From: an uncultured Gammaproteobacteria bacterium
GTDB taxonomy: Bacteria; Pseudomonadota; Gammaproteobacteria; JABCZS01
DNA length: 64,000 nt
Assembly: GCA_963848305.1 (NCBI GenBank)
Contig: CAWKDC010000001.1
Location: 64,001 to 128,000, forward strand
Direction: 5' to 3'
Positions 62,928-64,000 of this stretch are shown piece after piece. Within the stretch, counting starts at the first letter, position 1, and every line of letters begins with the position of its first letter. Made by a program: the position numbers and the translations under genes. The notes under the pieces are model-generated. The model was not told the origin of the DNA, searched no databases, and saw only the letters and a list, made by a program, of their open reading frames with translations.

Positions 62928-63386
62928 ATGAGATCAGTGGCAACAAATCTGCGGCAACAGGGTAGGTATTGGATTCTCGCGGTGGCGCTCAGTTCCCTTT
63001 TCGCCTCAAGTCTCTGGGCCGCCCAAGCCAAGCCATTGACTGCGCTAGAGGGTAAATTGCTGACCACCCGGGGCGACTGCCCCCTGCTGAAAATAGGCGA
63101 CCGGGAGCAGACGCTGTCAGCCAACACTCCCTATCTTCTCCACACGATGCAGGATAAGCGCCTGGACGGCCGCGAAGTGCGACTGGAAGGCTTGTCGAAG
63201 CCGGATGGCTCCTTCGAGGTTCAGTGGCTCTACACCGTCCACGATGGCAAGCTCTTTAAGGTGCGGTACTTCTGCGCCACTTGCAACATTGTGGCCCTCG
63301 AACCCGGCCTCTGCGTCTGCTGCCAACAGCCCACTGAACTCCAGGAAATTCCTGTGGATCATGCGATAGGGTCATCGGGGCATTGA
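62928..63386 (+). CDS. Hypothetical exported protein with a C-terminal Cys cluster
   Basis: Signal peptide; OB-like middle; YFCATC...PGLCVCCQQ. Confidence 0.7.
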   Translation: MRSVATNLRQQGRYWILAVALSSLFASSLWAAQAKPLTALEGKLLTTRGDCPLLKIGDREQTLSANTPYLLHTMQDKRLDGREVRLEGLSKPDGSFEVQWLYTVHDGKLFKVRYFCATCNIVALEPGLCVCCQQPTELQEIPVDHAIGSSGH

Positions 63387-63465
63387 GCGCCTGAGCCAAT
63401 GAATGATTTGCTCATTAAATGACCCGATGGCTCGATGGCCCGATGGCCGGATCATTCAATGGGCC
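63371..63465. repeat. Octamer tandem-repeat hairpin
   Basis: GTCATCGGGGCATTGAG... followed by the inverted units TGACCCGA TGGCTCGA TGGCCCGA TGGCCGGA. Confidence 0.6.
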
Positions 63466-63532
63466 AGTTGACACCCTTCGCCGGCGGATGTTACAAAAGA
63501 AGTATCGCTGTTTTCAGCGCAGCAACCGAGAT

Positions 63533-63609
63533 GGTGGGTGTAGCTCAGCTGGTAGAGCGCCAGACTGTGGATCTGGACGTCGCGGGTTCGAACCCCGTCA
63601 CCCACCCCA
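63533..63609 (+). tRNA. tRNA-His (GTG)
   Basis: G(-1)GTGGGTGTAGCTCAGCTGGTAGAGCGCCAGACTGTGGATCTGGACGTCGCGGGTTCGAACCCCGTCACCCACCCCA; C73 discriminator, encoded CCA. Confidence 0.97.
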
Positions 63610-63624
63610 AACAAAACACAACAC

Positions 63625-64000
63625 TTAACTGATTCCCAACTTCCCAACCCTTCGCTGTGACATCAATTGTGACATCACTGTGCCATCATTTTTCGCTAAA
63701 CGGCCGCCCCGCCGACTCCTACAGGCCGCCGTCCGGGCTTCCGATGTAGCCCCTTTACCAGAGTACATTCTCTGGTTGAGCTCCAGCGTCCAGGCTTTCC
63801 GGACATCTTCATCGACGTGCGCATAATACTTAAGCGTGGTCGTAATGGACTTATGTCCCATGATAGATTGAAGGGTAATTGGATCAACTCCCGACTTCAC
63901 CGCTGCGGTCCCGAAGCAGTGGCGCAGGAGCTTCCAATTGATCCCCTGGACCCCTAGCTTCGCACAGGCGTTCTTTAGATCCCGGCGAAGCAGGTTGTTG
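63625..64000 (-). CDS. Tyrosine recombinase/integrase, C-terminal part (5' end outside the window)
   Basis: Manual translation ...WKLLRHCFGT....G.D...LQSIMGHKSITTTLKYY: box II RH, GH and catalytic Tyr. Confidence 0.85.
   Translation of the reverse strand, partial: NNLLRRDLKNACAKLGVQGINWKLLRHCFGTAAVKSGVDPITLQSIMGHKSITTTLKYYAHVDEDVRKAWTLELNQRMYSGKGATSEARTAACRSRRGGRLAKNDGTVMSQLMSQRRVGKLGIS
63656..63688. repeat. Candidate integrase arm-type binding sites
   Basis: TGTGACATCA (63656), TGTGACATCA (63668), TGTGCCATCA (63679), about 50 bp from the tRNA 3' end. Confidence 0.65.

Overview
Bacterial chromosomal window, most likely from an Acidobacteriota (Terriglobia-like) genome. This is inferred from the PadR + duplicated orphan ABC permease pair and the BlaI + M56/TIGR03435-type pair. 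1-20.4 kb: a Wzx-type exopolysaccharide/capsule locus (FkbM and class I methyltransferases, GT2, flippase, WecB/TagA, priming sugar transferase, four-helix-bundle gene, geranylgeranyl-reductase-like enzyme, rmlD/rmlB/rmlA-like, O-antigen-ligase-like, TPR protein, wzc, wza), with ugd and a UDP-glucuronate decarboxylase transcribed divergently. 20-30 kb: hypothetical exported proteins, tRNA-Asn, a complete ISKra4-family IS (TIRs, 9-bp target duplication, -1 slippery site), a PP2C phosphatase, an unexplained degenerate repeat array with its own promoter, and PadR/permease. 30-50 kb: two Mo-hydroxylase operons, a Fur/PerR-rubrerythrin-FeS oxidoreductase-DUF3501 cluster with a Fur-type box, an XRE regulator, a Tat-exported glycoside-hydrolase-like protein, SIS and YihY proteins, and BlaI/M56. 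50-64 kb: a multi-Ig surface protein, a LarA-like gene with E1 alpha/beta, SDR, AKR and sodium:solute symporter genes, pgi, tRNA-His and the 3' end of a tyrosine integrase with arm-type repeats (edge of an integrated element). Many genes, including pgi, carry single-base frameshifts that look like long-read sequencing errors. Intergenic DNA is rich in REP-like palindromes and in 7/8-mer tandem-repeat hairpins. One such repeat set brackets the four-helix-bundle gene as inverted repeats. All family calls come from motif recognition; no database search was run.
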